Below are positions 1 through 8,980 of a stretch of DNA of 17,744 bases, piece by piece. Within the stretch, counting starts at the first letter, position 1; the number at the start of each line of letters is the position of its first letter. Source of the stretch: Nitrospirota bacterium (GTDB lineage Bacteria; Nitrospirota; UBA9217); the NCBI GenBank assembly GCA_963796285.1, contig CAWCKW010000009.1:1-17744 (forward strand), in the 5' to 3' direction. Made by a program: the position numbers and the translations under genes. The notes under the pieces were generated by a model. That model made no database searches. It had not been told where the DNA came from and saw only the letters and a program-made list of their open reading frames with translations.

Positions 1-2055
1 ACTACTCACGGCAGGTCCGAATACCGGCAATGCAGCTGACATATCTTTCGCGATGTCATCGAAAGATTGCCATGTTGTCGATTTTCCGATCGTGGCAAGT
101 ATATCACGGATCCACTTCCAGCTTTCCTGAATGTCATGGTTCGGTTTGAATACCTGATAGAACCGCTGTGCCCGGCCTTCATTGTTCATCAGAGTTCCCT
201 GGGCTTCCGCAAAAGTAGCAGCGGGCAGGGTGACATCCGCTCTTGACGATGTCGGATTGACCAAGGAGTCGAGAACGATGAGGTTTTTTGCATGACCCAA
301 GGCTTCATCGACGATCTTTGCATCAGCCCTGCGAAAAAGGTCATTTTCAAGGATGATCATCGTATCGGCCTGACCGTCCCGGATGGATTTGAATGCCTCA
401 TCCAGGTTCTTACCCTTCATGAGGGCGAGTCCCATGGTATTACATTCCAGGACCGTGTAACAGAGGCCGGCCTGCTTCCCAATCGAGCAAAGGGCCCATG
501 CAATATTGGCGGCAGCCTCAATGATCGCCTGGCTCATGCATCCGGTGCCGCTCACGACAACGGGACGCTTTGCACTCTTGAGCGCCGCGGCTATTTCCCT
601 TGCTAGCGCTCTGACATCGGGTGATTGGTCTGGAACCGCGGGAACATGCTGATCCAATTCATTTGCCACCGCAATACCGAGCCCTGCGATGTCGGCGGCC
701 GAAGCCTGGTAGGTTTTTGTTGCAACATCATCCAACTTCGACTTTGAACCGGACGCTATGTAGATCGGTGTTTCTGAATTCTGTCCCGCGTTCCTGACCG
801 CATTATCGTCCCAGCCGGGGATCTTCATAGCTGCCGCTGTCTCGCGTTGCTTGTTCTGAGCTGACTGACGGATCGAGAGCGCGAGCATCGGGGCTGTGTT
901 GGTCACATCTTCACCGAGAACAAAAACCGCATCCGCAGACTCGATCTCATGCAGGGAAGGCGTGCGAGCAGGACCTTTTTGAAGAATGTCTACGATAGAC
1001 CCCATGAGCGTGTGTTCCTGGCCGGACAGGCCTGAGCAGAAGTTGTCAGGACCGACAAGGGTGCGAAGGGCAAAGTTCGATTCAAGCGACGCACGGGGCG
1101 ATCCGATGCCGATCATGACTTTGTTTTGGGACAGCATCTTCTTGATCCTGCTGATCGCTGCGGTCTTGTCCGCAGGTGCCTGGCCTTCCTGTGTTGTTGC
1201 TTTAAGCAGCGCTTTTCTGATTCTGCGCCCGCTGTTCACGAATTCATATCCAAACCTGCCGCGGTCGCAGAGGAAATAACCGTTGATCTCATAATTGTAG
1301 CGGTTCAATATTCTGCGGAGGGTGCCGTACCGTTCACCGGGAATCGTGTTGCAGCCGATGCCGCAATGAACGCAGATCGACGGCGCGGTCTGAAGGTCCC
1401 ATTTTCGAGTAAAGTGCTGTTTGAGCGTTTTATCCGTAAAAACCCCGGTGGGGCAGACTTCGACCAGGTTCCCGCTGAACACGTTTTCGAGCGCGCCCTC
1501 TTCATGCCTGCCGAAATAGACGTTATCATGGGACGCGAATACAGAAAAGTCGCGGCCACCCGCATAATTACGATAGAACCTGACACAGCGATAGCATTGG
1601 ATGCACCGGTTCATTTCATGATTGATGAAAGGGCCGAGGTCCTGGTTCCGTTGAGTGCGTTTTTTGAACCGCGTCCGCCGGTAAGTATGGCCGGTCATGA
1701 CCGTCATGTCCTGAAGGTGACATTCGCCGCCCTCGTCGCAGACCGGACAATCATGGGGATGGTTCAACATGAGCCATTCGATCACGCTCGACCTGAAGGC
1801 CCGAGCATCGGCATCGTCAATAGATAATCGCATTCCCTCGGCAACCGGTGTCATGCAGGACATGGTGATCCTGCCGCGCGTATCCTTGTCATCCTTGAAC
1901 AGTTTGACAGCGCATTGACGGCATGCGCCCACAGAGTGCAGGGCAGGGTGCCAGCAGAAGTAGGGGAGATCGAACCCCAGCGAGAGGCAGGCCTGGAGGA
2001 GGTTCTGGCCTTCTTTGACTTGATGGGGTTTATTGTCTATATATATCGTAAGCAT
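1..2055 (-). CDS. nuoG: NADH-quinone oxidoreductase subunit G (partial; runs off the left edge)
   Basis: Not in the ORF track. Manual translation from ATG at 2055 gives MLTIYIDNKPHQVKEGQNLLQACLSLGFDLPYFCWHPALHSVGACRQC..., with a later motif ICVHCGIGCNTIPGERYG...YFLCDRGRFGY (N7 cluster type). Directly follows nuoF. Confidence 0.96.
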   Translation of the reverse strand, partial: MLTIYIDNKPHQVKEGQNLLQACLSLGFDLPYFCWHPALHSVGACRQCAVKLFKDDKDTRGRITMSCMTPVAEGMRLSIDDADARAFRSSVIEWLMLNHPHDCPVCDEGGECHLQDMTVMTGHTYRRTRFKKRTQRNQDLGPFINHEMNRCIQCYRCVRFYRNYAGGRDFSVFASHDNVYFGRHEEGALENVFSGNLVEVCPTGVFTDKTLKQHFTRKWDLQTAPSICVHCGIGCNTIPGERYGTLRRILNRYNYEINGYFLCDRGRFGYEFVNSGRRIRKALLKATTQEGQAPADKTAAISRIKKMLSQNKVMIGIGSPRASLESNFALRTLVGPDNFCSGLSGQEHTLMGSIVDILQKGPARTPSLHEIESADAVFVLGEDVTNTAPMLALSIRQSAQNKQRETAAAMKIPGWDDNAVRNAGQNSETPIYIASGSKSKLDDVATKTYQASAADIAGLGIAVANELDQHVPAVPDQSPDVRALAREIAAALKSAKRPVVVSGTGCMSQAIIEAAANIAWALCSIGKQAGLCYTVLECNTMGLALMKGKNLDEAFKSIRDGQADTMIILENDLFRRADAKIVDEALGHAKNLIVLDSLVNPTSSRADVTLPAATFAEAQGTLMNNEGRAQRFYQVFKPNHDIQESWKWIRDILATIGKSTTWQSFDDIAKDMSAALPVFGPAVSS

Positions 2056-2077
2056 ATTTTCTCTGATTGCTGATCAT

Positions 2078-3349
2078 CTAGTGCCATGGGCATTTCTTAT
2101 CCTGTATGTGTTTCGCAAAGTCTTCGCGGAAGTATTTGAGCGCGCTTTGGAGCGGCTCAACGGCGCCTGGCGCAAGAGCGCAGTAGGTATTGCCGGGACC
2201 GAGCAGCCTGCATTGCTGCGCCAGCAGATCGATGTCGCCTGGCTCTCCCCCTCCGGTCTCGATCGCATGGAGAATCTTCTCTATCCACGGGAGGCCTTCG
2301 CGGCAGGGCGTGCACCAGCCGCAGGATTCCCGTCTGAAAAAGACTTCAAGGTTGTGGACAAACCCGACAGGGCAGGTCTTGTCGTCGAGCACGATCATGG
2401 TGCCGGTGCCCATGCGGCTGCCGGCTTTCATGACCGAGTCGAAGTCCATCTTGATATCCAGATGTTCTGCAACCAGAAAGTCGGTTGAAGCACCTCCGGG
2501 GATCAAGCCGCGGAACTGATAGCCGTCCAGCATGCCGCCTGCGTGCTCCTCAAGCAGCTCCCGGATGGTCATGCCCATGGGCAGTTCCCATGCCCCGGGC
2601 TTCCTTACCCTGCCGCTGACACCGTACAACTTGGTCCCGCCGTCAGGGCTTGAGCTCAAACCCTTGAACCAATCAGGTCCGTTGTTCACGATATGAGGTA
2701 TGTTCGCGATAGTTTCCGCATTGTTCACGATCGTGGGTCTGCCGAAGAGGCCGCAGACCTGGGGGAAGGGCGGCTTCGCTCTCGGCGTGGCACGTTTCCC
2801 TTCAAGGGCGTTCAAAAGCGCGGTCTCCTCGCCGCAGATATAGCGGCCCGCACTCGCATGGATGCGGAGGTCGAGATTGAAGCCAGAGCCGAGGATATTC
2901 GTGCCGAGATAGTTGTGCTCATAAGCTTCGGCAATGGCCGCTTCAAGCCGATGCGCCGCCAGTTTGTATGCCCAGCGGATGAAGATGAATGCCTGCTGCG
3001 CTTCAATGGCATAGGCGCTGGTGATCACACCCTCGATGATCTGGTGGGGGTCGCCTTCAAGCAACATCCGGTCCTTGAATGTTCCCGGCTCCATCTCGTC
3101 GGCATTCACGACCAGATATTTAGGGCGCGGCGCGTCCTTTCCCATGGGAACGAAGCTCCACTTTGCGCCCGTAGGAAAACCAGCTCCTCCGCGGCCGCGC
3201 AAATTCGATGCCTTGACGATGTTCTGGACGTCCTGCGGAGACATCGCAAGCGCTTTGCGCACAGACTGGTAGCCGCCGGTTTTCTCATAGTCTTTCAGAG
3301 AAAGCGGCTCCTGGCCAGCGCGTATGTTTTTTGTGAGTGGTCGTTCCAT
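2078..3349 (-). CDS. nuoF: NADH-quinone oxidoreductase subunit F
   Basis: Motifs LRGRGGAGFPTG, NADEMEPGTFKDR, GRYICGEETALLNALEG and ESCGWCTPCREG...C (FMN/NADH site, N3 cluster). Confidence 0.98.
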   Translation of the reverse strand: MERPLTKNIRAGQEPLSLKDYEKTGGYQSVRKALAMSPQDVQNIVKASNLRGRGGAGFPTGAKWSFVPMGKDAPRPKYLVVNADEMEPGTFKDRMLLEGDPHQIIEGVITSAYAIEAQQAFIFIRWAYKLAAHRLEAAIAEAYEHNYLGTNILGSGFNLDLRIHASAGRYICGEETALLNALEGKRATPRAKPPFPQVCGLFGRPTIVNNAETIANIPHIVNNGPDWFKGLSSSPDGGTKLYGVSGRVRKPGAWELPMGMTIRELLEEHAGGMLDGYQFRGLIPGGASTDFLVAEHLDIKMDFDSVMKAGSRMGTGTMIVLDDKTCPVGFVHNLEVFFRRESCGWCTPCREGLPWIEKILHAIETGGGEPGDIDLLAQQCRLLGPGNTYCALAPGAVEPLQSALKYFREDFAKHIQDKKCPWH

Positions 3350-3362
3350 GGTATTTATTTGA

Positions 3363-3827
3363 CTATGGGTAATTCTCCAGGATCTTTTCCATCATCTCCG
3401 GGGTCACGGGCCCGTACAAGTCCTCACCAACCATCATGGCCGGTGCGCGGTCGCAGGCGCCGAGGCAGGAGACGGGGAGGAGTGTGAAACGCTCGTCCTC
3501 TGTCGTTTCTCCGAATCGAATGCCGTGGGTCGTCTTCAGAAGTTGCAACAGCGGATTGTAGCCCATGACCCAGCAACTGATGCTGTCACATATCAGGATC
3601 ACGTGCCTGCCCACTGGCTTCCGAAAAATAAAACTGTAAAATGTCGCAACTGCATCCAACTCATCGGGCGTCATCTCGAGCATTCGCGCAACTTCCTTGA
3701 GGCTCTCATCCGATACCCAGCCTTGGTGGCGCTGTACGATGTTCAGCGCTTCAATTGAAGCTGACTGCTTCGTCACGCAGTGTGCCAGTTCAACGTTGAT
3801 TTTCTGTATTTCGATTTCGCTCAGCAT
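3363..3827 (-). CDS. nuoE: NADH-quinone oxidoreductase subunit E
   Basis: VATFY, CDSISC and CLGACDRAP 2Fe-2S motifs. SD AGGAGGT lies 8 nt upstream. Confidence 0.97.
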   Translation of the reverse strand: MLSEIEIQKINVELAHCVTKQSASIEALNIVQRHQGWVSDESLKEVARMLEMTPDELDAVATFYSFIFRKPVGRHVILICDSISCWVMGYNPLLQLLKTTHGIRFGETTEDERFTLLPVSCLGACDRAPAMMVGEDLYGPVTPEMMEKILENYP

Positions 3828-3833
3828 TTCAAT

Positions 3834-4226
3834 TTACCTCCTCTCCCCGAGGGGAGAGGATAGAGGTGAGGGGGTGTGTTGTCTTTGTTCTATTGCTCTC
3901 AAAATTGCTTCGTATATTCCTTCTTTGTTTAGCAATATATCCCTATTGTTGAATCTGATAATATGTATGCCCCGCGCTGACAGCGCCTTTTCTCTCTCTG
4001 CGTCATGCGTCGCGCCCTTATTTTCATAATGCTGGCCGCCGTCTGCTTCAATGGCAATTTGCAATTCAGGTGCATAGAAGTCCAGGATGTATTTGTCGAT
4101 AGAAAACTGTCGTCTGAATTTAATACGAGCCAATCGTCGATCGCGTAAGAGCGACCAAAGATTTCTTTCCGCGTCAGTTTGATTTCTGCGAAGTTCTCTG
4201 CTTCTCGGTATATTGGGTCGTTTCAA
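3834..4226 (-). CDS. DUF559 / Vsr-like PD-(D/E)XK endonuclease domain protein
   Basis: RELRRNQTDAERNLW...KFRRQ...ILDFY...IEADGGQH...D..R...L...G..IIRF is the DUF559 signature. TTG start. Visibly AT-richer than the flanking nuo genes. Confidence 0.9.
   Translation of the reverse strand: MKRPNIPRSRELRRNQTDAERNLWSLLRDRRLARIKFRRQFSIDKYILDFYAPELQIAIEADGGQHYENKGATHDAEREKALSARGIHIIRFNNRDILLNKEGIYEAILRAIEQRQHTPSPLSSPLGERR
3838..3874. repeat. REP-like GC-rich palindromic repeat, left copy
   Basis: Reverse complement reads CCCCCTCACCTCTATCCTCTCCCCTCGGGGAGAGGAG, with an internal hairpin. It is an inverted, imperfect copy of 4230-4268. Confidence 0.85.
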
Positions 4227-4229
4227 CTT

Positions 4230-4268
4230 CCCCCCTCACCCCAGCCCTCTCCCCACAGGGAGAGGGAG
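4230..4268. repeat. REP-like GC-rich palindromic repeat, right copy
   Basis: CCCCCCTCACCCCAGCCCTCTCCCCACAGGGAGAGGGAG, with hairpin CCCTCTCCC-CACA-GGGAGAGGG. Confidence 0.85.
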
Positions 4269-4276
4269 AATTCTAA

Positions 4277-6025
4277 TCATCTATCCAAATCCGCCAGAAT
4301 AAAATCAATGCTCCCGATGATCGCCACAAGGTCGGCGATCATCAGCCCCTTGCTGATCTTCGGCACCATCTGCATATGGGCAAACGAAGGGGTCCTGATG
4401 CGGGTACGGTAGGACATGGTATTGCCGTCGCTGATGAGATAATACCCGTTGTTCCCCTTGGTCGCCTCGATGCCCATGAACGCCTCGCCGGCAGGTATCA
4501 CCGGTCCCCAACTGACGCCGAGGAAGTGGTTGATGAGCGTCTCGATGTCATGCATGGTGCGTTCCTTGCGGGGCGGCGTCGTGAGTGGATGGTCCGATTT
4601 GTATCCGCCTTCAGGCATGTTGTTCACGCACTGTTCGATAATGCGCAGGCTCTGTCGTATTTCCTCGACGCGCACGACCCCGCGGTCGTAGCAGTCGCCA
4701 TGGGTTGCCGTGGGGATATCGAACTCGAAGTTCTCATAGCCGGAATACGGCCGCTTCTTTCTAAAGTCCCAATCGAATCCGCAGGCGCGGAGACCGGGAC
4801 CGGTCACTCCCCAGTCGATGGCCTCGACCTTGGTATAGATGCCGACACCCTTGGTGCGGGCCTTGAATATCCTGTTCCGCATCACGATCGTGTCGTATTC
4901 CTTGAGCCGGGGAGGCAGGTATTTGAGAAAGTCGCGCACGAGCCTGTCCCATCCCTTCGGCAGGTCCATGGCCACGCCGCCGATCCGGAACCACGCAGGA
5001 TGCATGCGTCCGCCGCAGATCGCCTCGACGATATCGAAGATACGCTCGCGGTCCGTGAACATATAGAACACCGGCGACAGCGCGCCCACGTCCTGGGCAA
5101 AGGTGCCGTACCAGACGAGATGGCTCGCGATGCGGAAGAGCTCGGCCATCATCACGCGGATGGTCTTTGCCCGGTCAGGCACCTCGATGCCCGCGAGCTT
5201 TTCGACCGCAAGGCAGTAAGCCATATTGTTCATAACGCCGCCAAGGTAGTCGACGCGGTCGGTGTAGGGGATGTAGGTGTGCCAGGACTGGCGTTCGGCC
5301 ATCTTTTCAGCGCCGCGGTGGTGATAGCCGATGTCGAGCACGGCGTCGGCGATCTCCTCGCCATCGAGCTGTAGGACGATGCGTAACAGTCCATGGGTGC
5401 CGGGGTGCTGTGGCCCGAGGTTCAGGAACATGAAGTCCGAGTCTTCAGAAACGCGTTTCAATCCCCAATCTTCGGGTCTGAACTTGAGCGCGGCCTGCTC
5501 TTTTTCTTCTTTTTCATCAGACAGCTCGAACGGGCCCATCTCGGTGGCCCGCGCAGGGTGGTCCTTGCGAAGGGGATGGCCGTTCCAGGTCGGAGGCATC
5601 AGGATCCTTTTCAAGTGCGGGTGGCCGTCGAACGTTATCCCGAAGAGGTCCCAAACCTCGCGCTCGTACCAATTGGCTGACTGCCAGAGGTTGGTGATAG
5701 TGGGGAGTGAAAGAGATCCATTCGTGAGCGGCACCTTGATGCGGATATCCTCATTCCGGTCAAAGGAAAGGAGATGATATACGACCGTGAATTCACTCGC
5801 CGGCTGGTCCTGACGATGATTGCGAACGCGCTCATCGATGGCCGTAAGGTCATAAAGCATCTTATAGGGATGATCGACACCTGTTTTAAGATGTCTCAAA
5901 ACATCGTTGACCTTGTCGTGTGACACCCAGAGTGTGGGGATCTCATCGCGCGTGGTCTGTTCGGCGAGAATGGAGTCGCCGAAGGTTGTTTTGAGTTCAG
6001 TGATGATGGGGTTGTTTGGCGTCAT
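4277..6025 (-). CDS. nuoCD: NADH-quinone oxidoreductase fused subunit C/D
   Basis: NuoC part ([16 protein letters not shown]...GHPLRKD) is fused to a NuoD part ([29 protein letters not shown]-terminal DFILADLDR). 582 aa. Confidence 0.97.
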   Translation of the reverse strand: MTPNNPIITELKTTFGDSILAEQTTRDEIPTLWVSHDKVNDVLRHLKTGVDHPYKMLYDLTAIDERVRNHRQDQPASEFTVVYHLLSFDRNEDIRIKVPLTNGSLSLPTITNLWQSANWYEREVWDLFGITFDGHPHLKRILMPPTWNGHPLRKDHPARATEMGPFELSDEKEEKEQAALKFRPEDWGLKRVSEDSDFMFLNLGPQHPGTHGLLRIVLQLDGEEIADAVLDIGYHHRGAEKMAERQSWHTYIPYTDRVDYLGGVMNNMAYCLAVEKLAGIEVPDRAKTIRVMMAELFRIASHLVWYGTFAQDVGALSPVFYMFTDRERIFDIVEAICGGRMHPAWFRIGGVAMDLPKGWDRLVRDFLKYLPPRLKEYDTIVMRNRIFKARTKGVGIYTKVEAIDWGVTGPGLRACGFDWDFRKKRPYSGYENFEFDIPTATHGDCYDRGVVRVEEIRQSLRIIEQCVNNMPEGGYKSDHPLTTPPRKERTMHDIETLINHFLGVSWGPVIPAGEAFMGIEATKGNNGYYLISDGNTMSYRTRIRTPSFAHMQMVPKISKGLMIADLVAIIGSIDFILADLDR

Positions 6026-6034
6026 AAGTGAAGG

Positions 6035-6090
6035 CTAAATGTTAAATTACAAAGCTCAGAGTTTAGAGGAATGTCAAAACGTCAATGTTT
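6035..6090. repeat. Degenerate heptamer-periodic repeat tract
   Basis: CTAAATGTTAAATTACAAAGCTCAGAGTTTAGAGGAATGTCAAAACGTCAA resembles the tract at 6963-7020. Confidence 0.5.
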
Positions 6091-6335
6091 AATTTGATTA
6101 TTTTGAGTTGTATATAATGACATATTACGCCATCGCCGGACATGATCCGCATCTCCGAAGGCAAGGTATTTGTGAAAAGACTGACTCCTCCACCTCAGGA
6201 AGCACAAACTATGAAGATAATCAAAATAGGCATGATGCAAAGAGATCCAAGAAATTAGTTGCTTTTCCCCGGTACGTATGAATCAATAAGAATACTTCAA
6301 GATAATGTTGAAATCATAAGGGTATTCCTCTGCTT

Positions 6336-6950
6336 TCAAACTTCATCGGGCGATCTCAGGACCGTGGCCTTTTGCCGCTCTTCCCGTTTCAGGTCCCGCA
6401 TGCACGGTTTCTCCGGCCGCACGATGTCCTGCGGCCCGGCGATCCAGCTCAAGGGCCTGCGTTCTTTGCCGACCTGCTCACGCAGCATCAGCAGGCCTTC
6501 CATAAAGGCCTCGGGCCGGGGAGGACAACCGGGCACGTACACGTCAACGGGCATGAACTTGTCCACGCCCTGGACCACGCTGTAGATGTCGTACATGCCG
6601 CCGGAGTTGGCGCAGGAACCCATGGAGATGACCCATCGCGGCGCCATCATCTGTTCATAGAGCCGCTTGATGATCGGCGCCACCTTGATGAACACCGTAC
6701 CGGCAACGATCATCATGTCCGCCTCTCGCGGCGTTCCGCGGATCACCTCCGCGCCGAAGCGCGCAATATCGTACTTGCTCGTCAGACTCGTGGCCATTTC
6801 AACATAGCAACAGGAGAGGCCGAAGTTGAACGGCCAGATGGAGTTCTTCCTCCCCCAGGCGAGCATGTCCTGCATCGTCGTGAGGATCACGCTTTGGCGC
6901 ATCGCGTCTTCCGCGGAACCGCGGTCAGGTCTGGTTAAAGAATAGTTCAT
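6336..6950 (-). CDS. nuoB: NADH-quinone oxidoreductase subunit B
   Basis: [20 protein letters not shown] and [14 protein letters not shown] (N2 cluster). ATG at 6950 with upstream AAAGG is preferred to the TTG at 6971. Confidence 0.96.
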   Translation of the reverse strand: MNYSLTRPDRGSAEDAMRQSVILTTMQDMLAWGRKNSIWPFNFGLSCCYVEMATSLTSKYDIARFGAEVIRGTPREADMMIVAGTVFIKVAPIIKRLYEQMMAPRWVISMGSCANSGGMYDIYSVVQGVDKFMPVDVYVPGCPPRPEAFMEGLLMLREQVGKERRPLSWIAGPQDIVRPEKPCMRDLKREERQKATVLRSPDEV

Positions 6951-6962
6951 GAAGCCTTTCGG

Positions 6963-7085
6963 AAAGTTCAAATGTCAAAATTCAAAGTTCAAATCAATCC
7001 TTAACCAAAAAAATTCAAATTTCACGCTTGTTGTTTTTTTTATTTCGAACGTTGATCTTTGAACTTTGAAATTGATTTTGCAAAT
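6963..7085. repeat. Inverted pair of heptamer-repeat tracts between nuoA and nuoB
   Basis: AAAGTTC AAATGTC AAAATTC AAAGTTC AAATC (from 6963) faces TTTCGAACGTTGATCTTTGAACTTTGAAATTGATTTTG (7043-7080). Confidence 0.7.
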
Positions 7086-7459
7086 GTTCCCCACTCCAGT
7101 GCGCCGATCCGCCAGAGATAGACGAGCGTGGCAGTCAGGACACCGATGAAGACCAGCATCTCCCCATAGCCCAACCATCCATTCTCCCTGATGGACACTG
7201 CCCAGGCAAAGATGAACACGGCCTCGAGATCGAAGATGACGAAGAACATGGCGATGAGGTAGAATTTGATGTCAAAGCGCACCCGTGCCGTGCCGGTTGA
7301 CACGATCCCCGACTCATAGGGCTCATCGGTCTGTTTTTCCCGGTGCCGTTCGCCGAGGAGCGAGGAGAGGACGATGATGATCGATACGAGGACGATGACT
7401 GCGAGGAAATACACGCCGAGCGGCCAGAGCGCGGTTGTGTCTGCTGTTGGTTGCGTCAT
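7040..7459 (-). CDS. nuoA: NADH-quinone oxidoreductase subunit A
   Basis: PYESG...FDIKFYLIAMFFVIFDLEAVF...YLWRIGALEW with three hydrophobic segments. ATG at 7459. Confidence 0.96.
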   Translation of the reverse strand: MTQPTADTTALWPLGVYFLAVIVLVSIIIVLSSLLGERHREKQTDEPYESGIVSTGTARVRFDIKFYLIAMFFVIFDLEAVFIFAWAVSIRENGWLGYGEMLVFIGVLTATLVYLWRIGALEWGTFAKSISKFKDQRSK

Positions 7460-7465
7460 GTGCAA

Positions 7466-7493
7466 AGAATAGCACAGAGGGGGATAAAGTCAA
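7466..7493 (-). promoter_or_regulatory. Putative sigma70 promoter of the nuo operon
   Basis: TTGACT (7493-7488), 16-nt spacer ending TGTGC, TATTCT (7471-7466). Extended -10. Confidence 0.6.
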
Positions 7494-7596
7494 GCAGGAG
7501 ATGACTGCAAACAGGTGACACTGCTCGACGCTGGAATATAGGATGCGCATGCGGGGCAAGTCATACGTGGTGCTTCATTTGTTATCAGCGGGGAAC

Positions 7597-7623
7597 AAAA
7601 AAAGCGGGGCATCTCTGCCCCGC
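7597..7623 (-). terminator. Rho-independent terminator after the octaheme cytochrome gene
   Basis: Minus strand GCGGGGCA-GAGA-TGCCCCGC followed by T7, about 10 nt after the stop. Confidence 0.85.
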
Positions 7624-7633
7624 CACAGTGTTT

Positions 7634-8980
7634 CTATTTTGCGGTTGTACCGCCATACCGCTCATTGTAGAACTTCTGGATCTTTTCAAGCTGCTCTTTG
7701 GTCATGCCCTTGGTATACCACTCGTGCCTGACATCGGTCTCGAGGTATTTTTTCACGATCTCGCTATAGAGTTCCGGACCGGCAACGTTCTTTACCTCGG
7801 GCAGGAATTCGGTATAGAAGTTCTTGGCCACATCATAGATACCATGCCACCACGCATAATCGGGGCCGGACATGGCCGCGCCGTGCCTTGCTCTTCTGCC
7901 TTCATGGTGCCACAGCTCCCAGTATATCCAGTCCAGCTTGTCGTCGAAATTCGCCTTTGTAAGCTTGCCCTTGTCCATCAGTTCCTGCCTGATCGCGGTC
8001 GCGGGTTTTGCGAATTTGTCGTCATAGAGATTGACAAGATTGTCGAACTGTTTATAGAACCCTTCCACGAACGGCGTTGAATGGCAGCTGTTACAGACGT
8101 TCTGCATGGCAGCGCGCTTTTTATCCGCGTTCTCCATCTTCTTCGAAATGGGCGGCCGAAGCGTCCAACTGATCCGGGCGCCTACGTCATGGGTCACTGC
8201 CTGGGTCGGCGTGGCGCTCATATGGCAGGTGGCGCAGGTGGGGGCGGCGGAATAATCCTGTCCAACGACCCACTTGTCCTTGTGCATGTTCATCCGTTCC
8301 TTGTTGGCCTCGTAAAGGATCCCGTGCTTTGATTCCTGATATACTTCCATCTGCGGATGGTCAGGGCCGAGATGGCATTTACCGCAGGTCTGGGGTTCTC
8401 GTGCCTGCGCTTTTGAGAAACTGTGGCGCGCATGGCAGGCCGAGCAGGATCCCTTGGAGCCATCGGGATTTATTCGGCCGATGCCCGTGTTTGGCCAGCT
8501 GTTGGTATCGAGCTTACCATTTGCAAGGACCTTGACAATGCCGCCATGGCACTGCAGACAGCCGACCGCAACGGCCTCCTGTCCACCCACGACCTCGCCG
8601 AGATAGTTGTCCGCGGAATTGAGGATGTCCCCGGCTTTGGCATGGTGGCTCTCGGTCATCTCCTTTTCTTCCTTAGCGTGGCATTTGCCGCAGTCTTTGG
8701 GAGTGACGAGGATCGCGATCGTATATCCATTGTGCTCCATGGCATCAGGATCGGACTTCTCCGCCTTGTGGCAGGTGTAGCAGTCTACGCCTTTTGCCGC
8801 GTGAGTACTCAGTTTCCATTCCGTGACAAAGGCTGGTGACTGTGCCTCGTGGCAACCTATGCAGGCCTGACCTTCTTTTGATACTTTTAGCTTTGCCGCT
8901 TCTCCCGACCCGGCATGGAACGTCATGGCCATGCTCAGCACCGCTGATAGAACAATGATCGATACCTGTTTCCTTTCCAT
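7634..8980 (-). CDS. Periplasmic octaheme cytochrome c, hydroxylamine oxidoreductase (HAO) family
   Basis: Signal peptide. Eight CxxCH motifs (CIGCH, CYTCH, CGKCH, CLQCH, CSACH, CGKCH, CATCH, CNSCH). HAO-type motifs CHLGPDHPQ.E.Y..SKHG, APTCATCHM and ELWHHEGRRAR...PDYAWWHG. SD AAGGAGG. Confidence 0.92.
   Translation of the reverse strand: MERKQVSIIVLSAVLSMAMTFHAGSGEAAKLKVSKEGQACIGCHEAQSPAFVTEWKLSTHAAKGVDCYTCHKAEKSDPDAMEHNGYTIAILVTPKDCGKCHAKEEKEMTESHHAKAGDILNSADNYLGEVVGGQEAVAVGCLQCHGGIVKVLANGKLDTNSWPNTGIGRINPDGSKGSCSACHARHSFSKAQAREPQTCGKCHLGPDHPQMEVYQESKHGILYEANKERMNMHKDKWVVGQDYSAAPTCATCHMSATPTQAVTHDVGARISWTLRPPISKKMENADKKRAAMQNVCNSCHSTPFVEGFYKQFDNLVNLYDDKFAKPATAIRQELMDKGKLTKANFDDKLDWIYWELWHHEGRRARHGAAMSGPDYAWWHGIYDVAKNFYTEFLPEVKNVAGPELYSEIVKKYLETDVRHEWYTKGMTKEQLEKIQKFYNERYGGTTAK

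Noticed and set aside
6255-6317. Short minus-strand ORF after nuoB (ATG ATT TCA ACA TTA TCT TGA) as a possible Sec peptide
   Set aside because: No SECIS-like hairpin or redox motif, and read-through ends after about 20 codons.
292-7000. Many long plus-strand ORFs (e.g. 1126-1827, 2693-3487, 4376-5374, 6372-6938)
   Set aside because: Antisense shadows of GC-rich nuo genes with no recognisable motifs.
6963-7085. CRISPR array
   Set aside because: The repeats are 7-nt degenerate units with no spacers, and there are no cas genes.
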